IMG/VR virus record: IMGVR_UViG_3300047585_000133
Span: 32,001-96,000 of that record
Source: a virus
Reading direction: 5' to 3' (one strand)
DNA: 64,000 bases
The notes under the pieces were generated by a model that was not told where the DNA came from, made no database searches, and was given only the letters and a program-made list of their open reading frames with translations. The stretch's first letter is position 1. Each line of letters opens with the position of its first letter. Made by a program: the position numbers and the translations under genes. Shown piece after piece: positions 46,096 through 54,978 of the stretch.

Positions 46096-48918
46096 TCACC
46101 CGGTTACCCCGGCGAATACCTGCTTCTGCGCCTCCCGGAAGGCCTTGTAGGCAAGGTCGGCCTGGCGTTCGGCTTCGTAGGCCTTCCCGTACAGGAACCC
46201 GGCGGTTCCGTCGGTGCCGCCCGCCTGGCGGGACATCCGCCAGTTCTCCATAGCCCGGTTCTCGATATGCCGGAGATGCTGGTAAGCCGCCCACAGCCCT
46301 TCCAGGTCAGGTCCGGCCGTCCCGGAGACGGCCATGAGCGGGTACCCCGAGAACGCGGCCGTCCCCTCGGCGCTGAACGCCGCCGTCAGCAGCGCGGCAG
46401 CGGCCAGGGATGCTCTCGCAGCCAGGACGTGATGAGGGGCCGCGCTCAGGGTCCCGAGGCCGCTGAGCGGCGCCGCCGCGTTTGCCCGCTTCGTCCCGGT
46501 GCCGGATGCCGACCCGGACCCGGACAGTGCGGCGGCCCCGTGGACGTACCCTCCGCTGGCCGCCGTGAGGGACCCGGTCCCGGCCAGGACGGCTGACGCA
46601 TGCTTGACGAGGACCTGCGAAACACCCAGGGTTCCCGAACCGGACAGGGCTGCGGAACCGGGGACGAGCAGGTACCCGGCAGCGGCGAATGTCCCCGAAC
46701 CTGAGAGGGAAGCGGCACCCGGCAGCCCGTAGACAGCGGTGCCCCCGAGTATCCCGGCACCGGAAAGAGCCGCCGACCCGGGAAGAATGCCGGTCGCGGC
46801 TGCGCTGAGAGCACCGGACCCGGACAGTGACGCCGCACCGGGAATGTTTTTGTGCCCCGTCCCGCCGAGAGTGCCTGAACCGGACAGGGCGGCGGCAGCG
46901 AGGAGACTCTCTTCGGCGGAGGAAGCAGCCGTGCCCGAACCGGACAGTGCGGCGGCCCCGTTCACCTGCTTCTGGCCGGTACCGTTGAGCGTCCCGGCCC
47001 CGGACAGAGCAGCGGCAGACGGGATGAACCCGCCGGACACGCCCGTCAGGAGACCAGATCCGGACAGGGCGGCCGACCCGGAGAAGGTCTCCGTTCCGTC
47101 CGGGGTCAGGGCCCCGGCTCCGGACAGTACAGCCGCACCGGGGACCTTCTTGGCACCGCCGCCCGCCAGGCTTCCCGACCCCGACAGCGTCGCGGCACCA
47201 GGGATGCTCTTCTGGCCGGTGCCCGCCAGCGCTCCGGCCCCGGACAGGGATGCCGCTGCGGGCATCTGGTTCTGCCCCGAGGCGGTGAGTCCTCCGGTGC
47301 CGGACAGGACCGCTGTTCCGGCGAAGACGGCGGCGCCGGCCAGGGACCCCAGGCCGCTAAGGGAAGCCGCACCGGGAATACTCTTCTGCCCGGTGCCGCC
47401 GAGAGCGCCCGAACCGGACAGGGAGGCAGCACCGGGAACGATCTCCAGGCCCGCTGCGGCCAGAGTGCCGCTGCCGGACAGGGCAGATGCCCCGGGGATC
47501 TTCTTCTGGCCTGCGGCACTGAAGGCACCGGACCCTGAAAGCGCCGCCGCACCAGGGATGCTCTTCTGGGCCATGCCGCTGAGAGTGCCCGAACCGGACA
47601 GAACGGCGGCACCCGCGTACGTCCCGGTTTCCGTCCCCGAAAGGGCACCCGAACCGGACAGTGCTGCCGCGCCGGACAGGGTTGTCGCTGCCGACGGAGT
47701 GCCCGGTACCGCGCTGCCGGGCAGCGCGATGCCGGGAACGGCCGGAGTGAGGAAAGGAAGAGGCCCGGTGCCTGTCAGCGTTCCGGTACCGGACAGGACC
47801 GCAGCCCCGGAGATCTTCTTCTGGCCGGTACCCGCCAGGGTCCCTGACCCGCCGAGGGATGCGGCACCGGGGATCTTCTTGGCTCCCGTGGCGGACGCAT
47901 TCCCCGAGCCGGACAGGGCGGCTGCTCCGGGAAGGACCGCCCGGCCTGCTGCGCTGAGAGTGCCGGACCCGGACAGGGACGCGGCTCCGGCGAAGTATCC
48001 GGCTCCGCCTGCTGTTCCGGTGCCGCTGAGCGCGGCAGCTCCGGGAATCGTCTTCTGCGCCGCTGAGGTGAGGACTCCGGACCCGGACAGGGATGCTGTC
48101 CCGGCGAGATTGCCGGCGGCTGTCAGAGTGCCGCTGCCGGACAGGGCAGATGCCCCGGGGATCTTCTTCTGGCCAGCTGATGCGAGGGTCCCGGACCCGG
48201 ACAGTGACGCCGCACCAGGGATGCTCTTCTGGGCCGTCCCGCCGAGAACGCCGGACCCGGACAGGGCGGCGGCACCCGACAGGGTCGTCGAGGTGGGCGC
48301 GATGGTGACGATGGACGCGACCCAGTTCTGCGCCGTCGTCGAGGTCTGCGACCACGAGTACGTGCCCCCGGAAGACGAAGGCAGCTGGTAGCCGGCCCAC
48401 GACCACGCCTGGGAATCCTGGGTGGCGGTCCAGGACCCGCCGGGCGAGGCCGACGCCTCCCCGTAGATCACGGACGAGCCGATGACCAGTTCGTTCGCGG
48501 CGGTAATCGCGGCGGTGGTGCCGGACGACGGGTCGAGGCTGGCCGTCCCGGTGTTCGAGACCGACTTGTCGATCGTCGGCGACGAGCCGAGGCCGCTGAC
48601 CTCGTACGCCTTGCAGTCGTACGAGGTCCCGGTGCTGGCGCTGAACCCGAACGTCTTGACGCCGCCGGACACGGCGGCGAACACGTACACGACCTGGCGG
48701 ACTGTGTCAGTCGAGCCGCCGGACAGGGGCGGCTGGTAGGTCAGGGTCGGGCTGGTGGCACCGCCCCCGTTGCCGCCGCTGAAGGTAACGCCCGTTGTGC
48801 CGCCGTTGTAGCAGGTGCCGATCACGACCACCGCGTTGCCGGAGGCGACGTTGTTGGTGAACGTCCCCGAGGAAGCGAAGTCTGCCGACGTCCCGGTCTG
48901 GACGATGGTGGTGGTCAC
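46096..48918 (-). CDS. Gly/Ser/Ala repeat fibre protein
   Basis: About 30 GAA(S/A)LSGSGxL repeats after an N-terminal beta-sandwich. Confidence 0.85.
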   Translation of the reverse strand: MTTTIVQTGTSADFASSGTFTNNVASGNAVVVIGTCYNGGTTGVTFSGGNGGGATSPTLTYQPPLSGGSTDTVRQVVYVFAAVSGGVKTFGFSASTGTSYDCKAYEVSGLGSSPTIDKSVSNTGTASLDPSSGTTAAITAANELVIGSSVIYGEASASPGGSWTATQDSQAWSWAGYQLPSSSGGTYSWSQTSTTAQNWVASIVTIAPTSTTLSGAAALSGSGVLGGTAQKSIPGAASLSGSGTLASAGQKKIPGASALSGSGTLTAAGNLAGTASLSGSGVLTSAAQKTIPGAAALSGTGTAGGAGYFAGAASLSGSGTLSAAGRAVLPGAAALSGSGNASATGAKKIPGAASLGGSGTLAGTGQKKISGAAVLSGTGTLTGTGPLPFLTPAVPGIALPGSAVPGTPSAATTLSGAAALSGSGALSGTETGTYAGAAVLSGSGTLSGMAQKSIPGAAALSGSGAFSAAGQKKIPGASALSGSGTLAAAGLEIVPGAASLSGSGALGGTGQKSIPGAASLSGLGSLAGAAVFAGTAVLSGTGGLTASGQNQMPAAASLSGAGALAGTGQKSIPGAATLSGSGSLAGGGAKKVPGAAVLSGAGALTPDGTETFSGSAALSGSGLLTGVSGGFIPSAAALSGAGTLNGTGQKQVNGAAALSGSGTAASSAEESLLAAAALSGSGTLGGTGHKNIPGAASLSGSGALSAAATGILPGSAALSGAGILGGTAVYGLPGAASLSGSGTFAAAGYLLVPGSAALSGSGTLGVSQVLVKHASAVLAGTGSLTAASGGYVHGAAALSGSGSASGTGTKRANAAAPLSGLGTLSAAPHHVLAARASLAAAALLTAAFSAEGTAAFSGYPLMAVSGTAGPDLEGLWAAYQHLRHIENRAMENWRMSRQAGGTDGTAGFLYGKAYEAERQADLAYKAFREAQKQVFAGVTG

Positions 48919-48954
48919 TGCCGCCGCCCTCCTGACGCGGGCAGGGGGCCGTGT

Positions 48955-49404
48955 TTACCAGGTGGAGGCGTTCACGGTGACGCTGGCTGCTGCGAACTGC
49001 ACGGTGTCCCCGGAGGCCACGCCCGTGATGTTGGCGGTCAGCGCCCCCCACAGGTGCCGGACCGGCGTGCCGGAGGTATCCCAGATCTCGATGGCGACGA
49101 CGGTGGACCAGGTCCCGGTAGCAGACCAGGACACCACGTTGGCATTGGAGAACTGGCCGCCGGAGATGCTGCCCGCGAAAGTGGTCCCGAGGGACGAGCC
49201 GCCGGCGGTGTACCCGTTGGAAGTGCTCAGCTCGGTGCCGGTCGCCGTTTCGGACCCGATCACCGAGAAGAGCCGCAGGTGGAACGGCGGCGTGACGGTC
49301 TGGGAGGTGCCGCCGGTCCCGGCTGTGACCGTCGTGGCGGTCGACGTCTTGTAGAGGTTGGTGAGCAGGCCGTTGACGAACGTCTGGTCCATCATCCCGG
49401 TCAT
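48955..49404 (-). CDS. minor tail/fibre-associated protein
   Basis: GTELS..NGY..GG...W.TV....IWD...GDTVQF. Confidence 0.75.
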   Translation of the reverse strand: MTGMMDQTFVNGLLTNLYKTSTATTVTAGTGGTSQTVTPPFHLRLFSVIGSETATGTELSTSNGYTAGGSSLGTTFAGSISGGQFSNANVVSWSATGTWSTVVAIEIWDTSGTPVRHLWGALTANITGVASGDTVQFAAASVTVNASTW

Positions 49405-49628
49405 CAGGCACCCCCGGCCGGAGCGACTTCAGCACTGCCGGGGACCATGGTGATAGTCACCGGGCGGCACGGGACCGCGCCGGGCTCGTTAGCCGCCTGG
49501 CCGTGATGGTGATCCTGCGGGCAGCACTTGCAGCCCGCCGCGTCGAGCGCGGTGTGGACGTCCACGTCGTCCTCGGTGATCACCGCGACTGCGGTGCAGT
49601 CGGGGTTCTTGTCCTGCACCAGGTGCAC
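49404..49628 (-). CDS. hypothetical protein (CKCC..HHH)
   Basis: GAGGAGG RBS after the portal stop. Confidence 0.7.
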   Translation of the reverse strand: MHLVQDKNPDCTAVAVITEDDVDVHTALDAAGCKCCPQDHHHGQAANEPGAVPCRPVTITMVPGSAEVAPAGGA

Positions 49629-49642
49629 GCCGTCCTCCTCGT

Positions 49643-51916
49643 TCAGCCCCCGGCCGGGGTGTACTTCTCGTAGTCGGCCAGGTGACCGTCTTCCTCGGTC
49701 ACTCCCAGCCGGGCGCGCATCCCCACGTGCGGCGGATCCTGGTAGGCGCGGATCGACGGCCCGGACATCCATCCGCCCTTGCCGTCCTTCGCTTCCACTT
49801 CGGAGTCCGGCAGGTGGGCTTCGAGGACGAAGCCTTCGCCGCCGGACGACGCGGCTACTCCTTCCAGGGGCGCTTCGTCCACTGCGCGGGCGAGGGCGGC
49901 CATCTTCCTGACCCGGTCGGCCCGGCGGAACAGCGCGCCCTGCTTCGGCATGCCGCGCTTGCCTGCTTTCGGCATGGACCCGCGCTGCTCGTCGGACTCC
50001 GGCGGGCGCTGCGGGTCAGCGTCTTGCTCAGCCGTCTCGCCTTCCGGCGGGGCGTTGAGCGGGCCGCCCGTCTGGGCGTCCATCTCGTCGGCCATCTGCT
50101 GGTCCTCGGGGGTGGGCGCGAGGTCGGGCAGCGGGAGGGGGGAAGCGCCCATCCGGTCGATCATCATGGCCTGGCCCGCTACGGCCGGGGGCACGCCTTC
50201 CACCTGGGCGACCGGAGCGAAGTCGGCCATGAGGTCGGCGGGGACCGGCAGTCCCTGGTTGCGGAGTTCGACGAACGCCTGGCGGCGGGTACGGGCCTGG
50301 GCGATGATGTCGGCTACCGCCTCGTCCTGGGACCGTTCGCGTTCCTCGTCCAGCTCGATGCCGAGGCCCCGGGTCCGGGTGCGGGCGGAGATCGGGATGC
50401 CGCTGGCGCGAAGGGCCTCGGTGAACTGGCGGGTGGTGTCCTCGTCCCGGAAGTTCAGCACCTGGCAGGTCAGGTCGGGCACCAGGAGTTTCGGCTGCTC
50501 GGTGATGCGCTTCTCGCCGGTCTCCTCGTCGGTTTCGAGGACTTCCTCCATGATCACGAAGCGGCGGCCGTTGCGTTCCTCGTAGTCGTAGTGCTCCTGT
50601 GCTTCGGCGACGATGAGCATCCGCTGCCTGATGTGCCGCTTCAGCATCTTCTGGTAGCTGGTCATCAGCTGCTCGACCAGCTGCTTGTTGAGGGCGTCGG
50701 CGGCGTAGGTCTGGCCTTCTCCGGCTCCGGTGAGGAATGTGCGCGAAAGTCCGAAAACTTGCAGGACGCGGTCTTCGATGCGTTCGAAGTCCATGCTCAG
50801 GTCGGGCATGTTCTCCCGGCCGAAGACGGACTCCAGCTCGACGGCGAAGTTGTGGATCAGCACCCGGAAGTCCCCGGCGAGGGCGGCGTCCATGGCCATC
50901 TCGAAGTTTTCGAGGTCGTCGTCGGTGGGGATCCACGGGACCGACGTGCCGAGGTCGGTGGCGCTGGCACCGAGTTTGGCCAGCAGCAGCGGGGTGTAGA
51001 GCCGGTCGGCGATCGAGTCCAGGGCGGTGTTGAGCATCTCCTGCTGGAGCATCGAGCGCATCGCCCGGGTCAGCAGCGGCAGCCCTCTCAGGTTGAAGGT
51101 GTCGCCCTTGAACTTGAGCTGCCGCAGCAGGATGTTGCTGACCGGCATGAAAGCGTTCTCGGCCGTGTAGGCGGCCAGCTCCGGGTACTCCTGGACGAGC
51201 TTGTTATATTCCCAGGCGGGCTGGCGGGTGGTGAGGATCTGCCGGATCGTCCACGGCAGCCGGGTGAAGTACCGGGGTTCCTTCAGGAACGGGCTGCGCT
51301 CGACCTTGATGTCGTCGGAGTTGAGCAGCTCCTCGTCGTCCCAGATTCCCAGGTCCTCGTTGAAGGTGGCGAACGGCCACGCCTCGCCCGTGATGTAGTA
51401 CTCGCGGCCGATGTCGACGAGGAATTCCGAGTAGTCCAGGCCGTCGTCGCCGAAGAACAGGTCCTCGTAGAACTCCGTCAGCCGCTGGTCTTTGCATTCG
51501 AGCTTGGCGCCGACAACAGGGAACTTGGAGAAGATGTCGATGCAGGAGCCGACGATCGGGTCCGTCTGGTAAAGGAGTCGGCAAAAGGCTCTGACCTTAG
51601 CCAGTTCCTCGTTCTGGCTGAAGTCGTAGGGAAGGTTGTTCTGGCGCCAGTAGAAGAGCGGGTCTCTGGGCCTGCCTGTAGCAAACTGGATGTCGCTGAA
51701 CCCCGACCCGCCGGCTCCGCCCGTCGAGTAGCCCGTACGGCGGCCGACCGAGGCGGTACGTGCGTTGGCCCGGCGGTTCTTACGGGCCTCCAGCACTTCG
51801 GGGGACATCTGCTCGGCGGAGGCCGCCCCGATGCCCATGGTGCGGCCGAGCTGACGGGCGACCGAAGCCTGCCGTGCAGCACCCGACCCCGGCTGGTACG
51901 CGACCCTCATCCGCAA
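49643..51916 (-). CDS. portal protein
   Basis: CRLLYQTDPIVGSCIDIFSKFP, GREYY..GEA, A.DSIADRLYTP..LAKLG. Confidence 0.85.
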   Translation of the reverse strand: MRMRVAYQPGSGAARQASVARQLGRTMGIGAASAEQMSPEVLEARKNRRANARTASVGRRTGYSTGGAGGSGFSDIQFATGRPRDPLFYWRQNNLPYDFSQNEELAKVRAFCRLLYQTDPIVGSCIDIFSKFPVVGAKLECKDQRLTEFYEDLFFGDDGLDYSEFLVDIGREYYITGEAWPFATFNEDLGIWDDEELLNSDDIKVERSPFLKEPRYFTRLPWTIRQILTTRQPAWEYNKLVQEYPELAAYTAENAFMPVSNILLRQLKFKGDTFNLRGLPLLTRAMRSMLQQEMLNTALDSIADRLYTPLLLAKLGASATDLGTSVPWIPTDDDLENFEMAMDAALAGDFRVLIHNFAVELESVFGRENMPDLSMDFERIEDRVLQVFGLSRTFLTGAGEGQTYAADALNKQLVEQLMTSYQKMLKRHIRQRMLIVAEAQEHYDYEERNGRRFVIMEEVLETDEETGEKRITEQPKLLVPDLTCQVLNFRDEDTTRQFTEALRASGIPISARTRTRGLGIELDEERERSQDEAVADIIAQARTRRQAFVELRNQGLPVPADLMADFAPVAQVEGVPPAVAGQAMMIDRMGASPLPLPDLAPTPEDQQMADEMDAQTGGPLNAPPEGETAEQDADPQRPPESDEQRGSMPKAGKRGMPKQGALFRRADRVRKMAALARAVDEAPLEGVAASSGGEGFVLEAHLPDSEVEAKDGKGGWMSGPSIRAYQDPPHVGMRARLGVTEEDGHLADYEKYTPAGG

Positions 51917-51958
51917 TGACCTCCTGCCCCTTCCGGGGGAGGAGGTCTTGAGACTAAA

Positions 51959-52327
51959 TCAGAAGCGTCTCGGCCAGGTTCCGTCGTTCTCGGAACCGGG
52001 CGTCATCTGCTCCTGCATAGAGCGGAGAACGTGCGGCTGCCGCATAGCGGCTACGGCACGTTCTCCTACGTCGTCGTCTCCGGGGCCGAGCCCGACGCTG
52101 AGCGAGCGCATGTTCGCAGGATCGCTGTTGTGAAGAACCCGCAACTTCCACTGACCTTCATCGTGGTTGTACGGAGTGATCACCGTGTGCCCGGTCTCAA
52201 GGTGGGCGATGCCCAGGCCGTCGCTGCGCGAGGTGATCCCGTTGCGCTCAAGTGACGGACGGGCGCGTTCCCATCGCTGCTCGTCTTCCGAAGCCGCCCT
52301 TTTCCGCAGCAGGTCGGAGATGCCCAT
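51959..52327 (-). CDS. hypothetical protein (paralog of 52514-52879)
   Basis: ETGHT...H...SV.LG...M.EQM. Confidence 0.7.
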   Translation of the reverse strand: MGISDLLRKRAASEDEQRWERARPSLERNGITSRSDGLGIAHLETGHTVITPYNHDEGQWKLRVLHNSDPANMRSLSVGLGPGDDDVGERAVAAMRQPHVLRSMQEQMTPGSENDGTWPRRF

Positions 52328-52521
52328 CAGTCCTCCCCGGGGTCGCCGGACTCCAGGATCATCCAGGCCAGCGCCCGCCACTCCTGCCAGGTGGCAATCG
52401 GGGACAAGATGATCCACTTCTTGCAGCGGCTGTCCTCGGTGAACTGCGGCTGGCCCTCAGGATCGGCCAGCCGCCGTGCGCCGGGCTCGCCGGTAACGGT
52501 CAGCCTCCCGCTGTTACTCAT
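52327..52521 (-). CDS. hypothetical protein
   Basis: Coupled ORF. Confidence 0.55.
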   Translation of the reverse strand: MSNSGRLTVTGEPGARRLADPEGQPQFTEDSRCKKWIILSPIATWQEWRALAWMILESGDPGED

Positions 52522-52879
52522 CGCCGTACGGTCCGTTCATCTGCTCGTGCATCCGGTTCATTACGTTCCGGTCGTTGAGGTGCTTCACCAGGTTGGGAAA
52601 CCACTGGCGCGGGTCGTGCCCGAGCGGCACGGACATGGGGTAGCCGGCGTTGCGGTGCTGAATGACGACCTGCGGGCCTTTTACATCGTCAGGGCCGAAA
52701 GCGCCGGGATCGGTCACGGGAAGCAGCGTGTGGCCGGTTTCCATCCGGACGCTGTGCGGCCCGTTGGGAGTGAATGCCGAGGCGAGCTGCTGCCGGAAAG
52801 CGACGTTGTTCCCGTAGTCTTCCAGACTCTGACCGGAGTGCCGCTCCGGGCTGGTGAAGTGGTAGTCGTTGTATCCCAT
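52514..52879 (-). CDS. hypothetical protein (paralog of 51959-52327)
   Basis: GGAGG RBS; shared motif. Confidence 0.7.
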   Translation of the reverse strand: MGYNDYHFTSPERHSGQSLEDYGNNVAFRQQLASAFTPNGPHSVRMETGHTLLPVTDPGAFGPDDVKGPQVVIQHRNAGYPMSVPLGHDPRQWFPNLVKHLNDRNVMNRMHEQMNGPYGDE

Positions 52880-53364
52880 CAGCTCCTCCCGAACTCATCC
52901 CACGGGTCAGTCTCGTCCGGCTCCGGCGGCGGCCACTGGTGACTGACGTCCTCGTGAGCATGCGGCACCGCGACGTGCTCGTGCCGGGGGACCGAGTGCT
53001 CAGCATCATGATGACGGGGCAGGACGTTAGCTGCTTCCGGCCACTCCGTCGCCTCGCGCACCTCGTCGGCACTCCACCCGTGATGGCTCATCATGTGCAG
53101 CGGCAGGACTTCGCGCGTATGCGGGTCGTAGTGGAGCATGCTCGTGACAACGTTCCAGCGGTTAGCAATAAATCCCGTATTGCTGGAGGCGTCCGGAGAC
53201 CCGTACCAGGGCTGGCTGTCGCGCTCGGCGTGCTCTTCCTCGTGCAGGCTCGTCAGGGTCCGCTGAGGGATCATGTGCGCCGTGCTCAGGCCGTGGTCGT
53301 CGCGCATGTGCTCCCGCAGCTCCGTCAGGCTTCTCAGCGGCCCGTGGGCGCTGCGGCGAAAGGG
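52879..53364 (-). CDS. His-rich module, probable -1 frameshift extension of the upstream gene
   Basis: Frame entered by slippage at C CCT TTC; two HxxxxHG modules. Confidence 0.6.
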   Translation of the reverse strand, partial: PFRRSAHGPLRSLTELREHMRDDHGLSTAHMIPQRTLTSLHEEEHAERDSQPWYGSPDASSNTGFIANRWNVVTSMLHYDPHTREVLPLHMMSHHGWSADEVREATEWPEAANVLPRHHDAEHSVPRHEHVAVPHAHEDVSHQWPPPEPDETDPWDEFGRS

Positions 53365-54542
53365 CGGCGGCTCGCGCTGCGGGAGGCGAACTTGCCGTAG
53401 AGAGAGCAGCCCGGCTGGTCGTGGTCCCCGGTCGTCGTGCACTCCAGGGCATGGTACTTGGGCCGGTCGGCGGTGTAGTCGTGGTAGCCGTCGTACCACT
53501 GCTTCGGCTCGCCCCGGGTGTCGGCCTTCTCCAGGGGACTCGGGCCGTAGTCGTAAACCCCGTTGACGGCCCGCTGGCCGGCGTTCCACCCGCGCTGGTA
53601 GTGGCCCCGTGCGGTCTTCTCCTCTTCGCCCCGGGCGGCCGTACGGCTCGCACTGTGGAACGGGGTGTCCCGGAACACCTGGTTCGGGGTATTCCACCAC
53701 TGGTTCGGCGACTCTCTTTCGGGCATGCCCTCGCCGCCCCGGTCCGGGGTGGTGGCGTGCACGAACGACCGGGCCGGGTCGCGGGCAAGCTGCCGCTCGG
53801 CTTCCTGGCGGGGGTCGCCGTCCTGGCCCAGGTGCATGAGGTGAATCTGGGAGGAGGCGGGGTGGGTGATCGTGCCGTACCAGTCGCGGCCTGTTCTGCC
53901 GATGGACACCTGGTGCCCGCTGGACAGCGTCCGGTAGGGCCGGGCATTCGCGGTCACCCGCTTCTTCGCTCCCTCGGCCCGCAGCCGGGCCATGACGCGG
54001 GGATCGGCGCCGGAGGCGGCGACGGCCATGTGCCGGACAAGCTGTTCCTCGTTCAGCTGCTGTCCTGCGGTACCCCGGTAACGGAGAGAAGACTTCTTCT
54101 TCGACTTGCCCTTCGGCGGGGGCGGCGGACCGCTATCGTCGTCGTCACCGGGCGGCGGCTCAGTGCCGCTGTCGTCGCCCGGTCCTTCAAACGGCCCGTC
54201 TCCCGGCTCGGAATCCCCGTGAGGCGGGCCGTCTCCATCCGCAGGGGCTCCGTCCGGGCCGACCATGCCGGGATCGACGAGGCCGCCGTCCGGGCCGACG
54301 TCGGAGGGAGCACCAGGACCCATCGGCATCTGGGGCATACCGGGAAAAGCGGGCTGAACCCGGACGATGTAGTTCTGGCCGCGTTAAACAGAAGTCACAC
54401 CCGATCGTCCCGTCAGACCGGCCGACTACCTGACCGCTTCCACAGAACGGGCTAAACAATGGCTGGTGACCAGAGGGTCGCCCGGATCGTGGGCTTCCTT
54501 GATCAGACCAGCCGTGCCAGCACGCAGGTTGCTTGACTTCAT
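53334..54542 (-). CDS. zinc-ribbon head-module protein (~398 aa) with two coding gaps (54451-54455, 54381-54387)
   Basis: Three frames join as MKSS...SHC|PFCGSGQVVGRSDGTIGCDFC|GQNYIVRVQPAFPGMPQ; AAGGGGG RBS. Confidence 0.75.
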
Positions 54543-54591
54543 TCGCATCACCCCCTTGAAACCGGGGCCGACTCGCGGCCAGATCATCCGT

Positions 54592-54717
54592 CTAGTTCTT
54601 CTGCGGCTGACCACTGACCTGGTCGCCAGACGGGGACGCCGGACTGCCTGACAGCGGGTCGCCCGGGTCATGGGCCGTCCTGGTGCCGATACCGCGCGGC
54701 CGGGTCATGGTGCTCAT
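54592..54717 (-). pseudogene. orphaned duplicate N-terminus of the zinc-ribbon gene
   Basis: MSTMTRPRGIGTRTAHDPGDPL duplicates AHDPGDPL at 54471-54494. Confidence 0.55.
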
Positions 54718-54729
54718 GACCCTTCCGCG

Positions 54730-54978
54730 TCAGAAAACCTCGCGGGCACCGGACTCGTCGAGGCCGTAATCAGCAGCGCGTACCTCGACGTCTGCTTTGC
54801 GGAGCTTGCGGGCGTCCCTGGCTGCGTCCCGGTACGCGCTGGCGACGTAGAGGAACCAGTCCGACAGCTCTTTCCTTGCTTCGGTGAAGGTGGCGAAGAT
54901 CTCGCTGCCGTCTACCGGGTCGTCAGTCGGGAAGACAGTACCGTGCTGGCCGTCAGCCATGAAACCCCAGTTGGTCAC
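54730..54978 (-). CDS. hypothetical protein
   Basis: GGAGG RBS, GTGA coupling. Confidence 0.7.
   Translation of the reverse strand: MTNWGFMADGQHGTVFPTDDPVDGSEIFATFTEARKELSDWFLYVASAYRDAARDARKLRKADVEVRAADYGLDESGAREVF

Noticed and set aside
46400-48300. CRISPR-like periodic repeats (CCGGACAG)
   Set aside because: These are coding repeats of LSGSG in a fibre protein, degenerate at third positions.
49682-51919. Long antisense ORFs (also 42497-44848, 32246-34489, 39095-40900, 13243-14859)
   Set aside because: Shadow frames of high-GC3 genes, with no RBS or motifs.
54381-54455. The gaps as group I/II intron remnants
   Set aside because: 5-7 nt cannot self-splice, and no excision window gives U|...G boundaries at both sites; trans-splicing is not excluded without cDNA.
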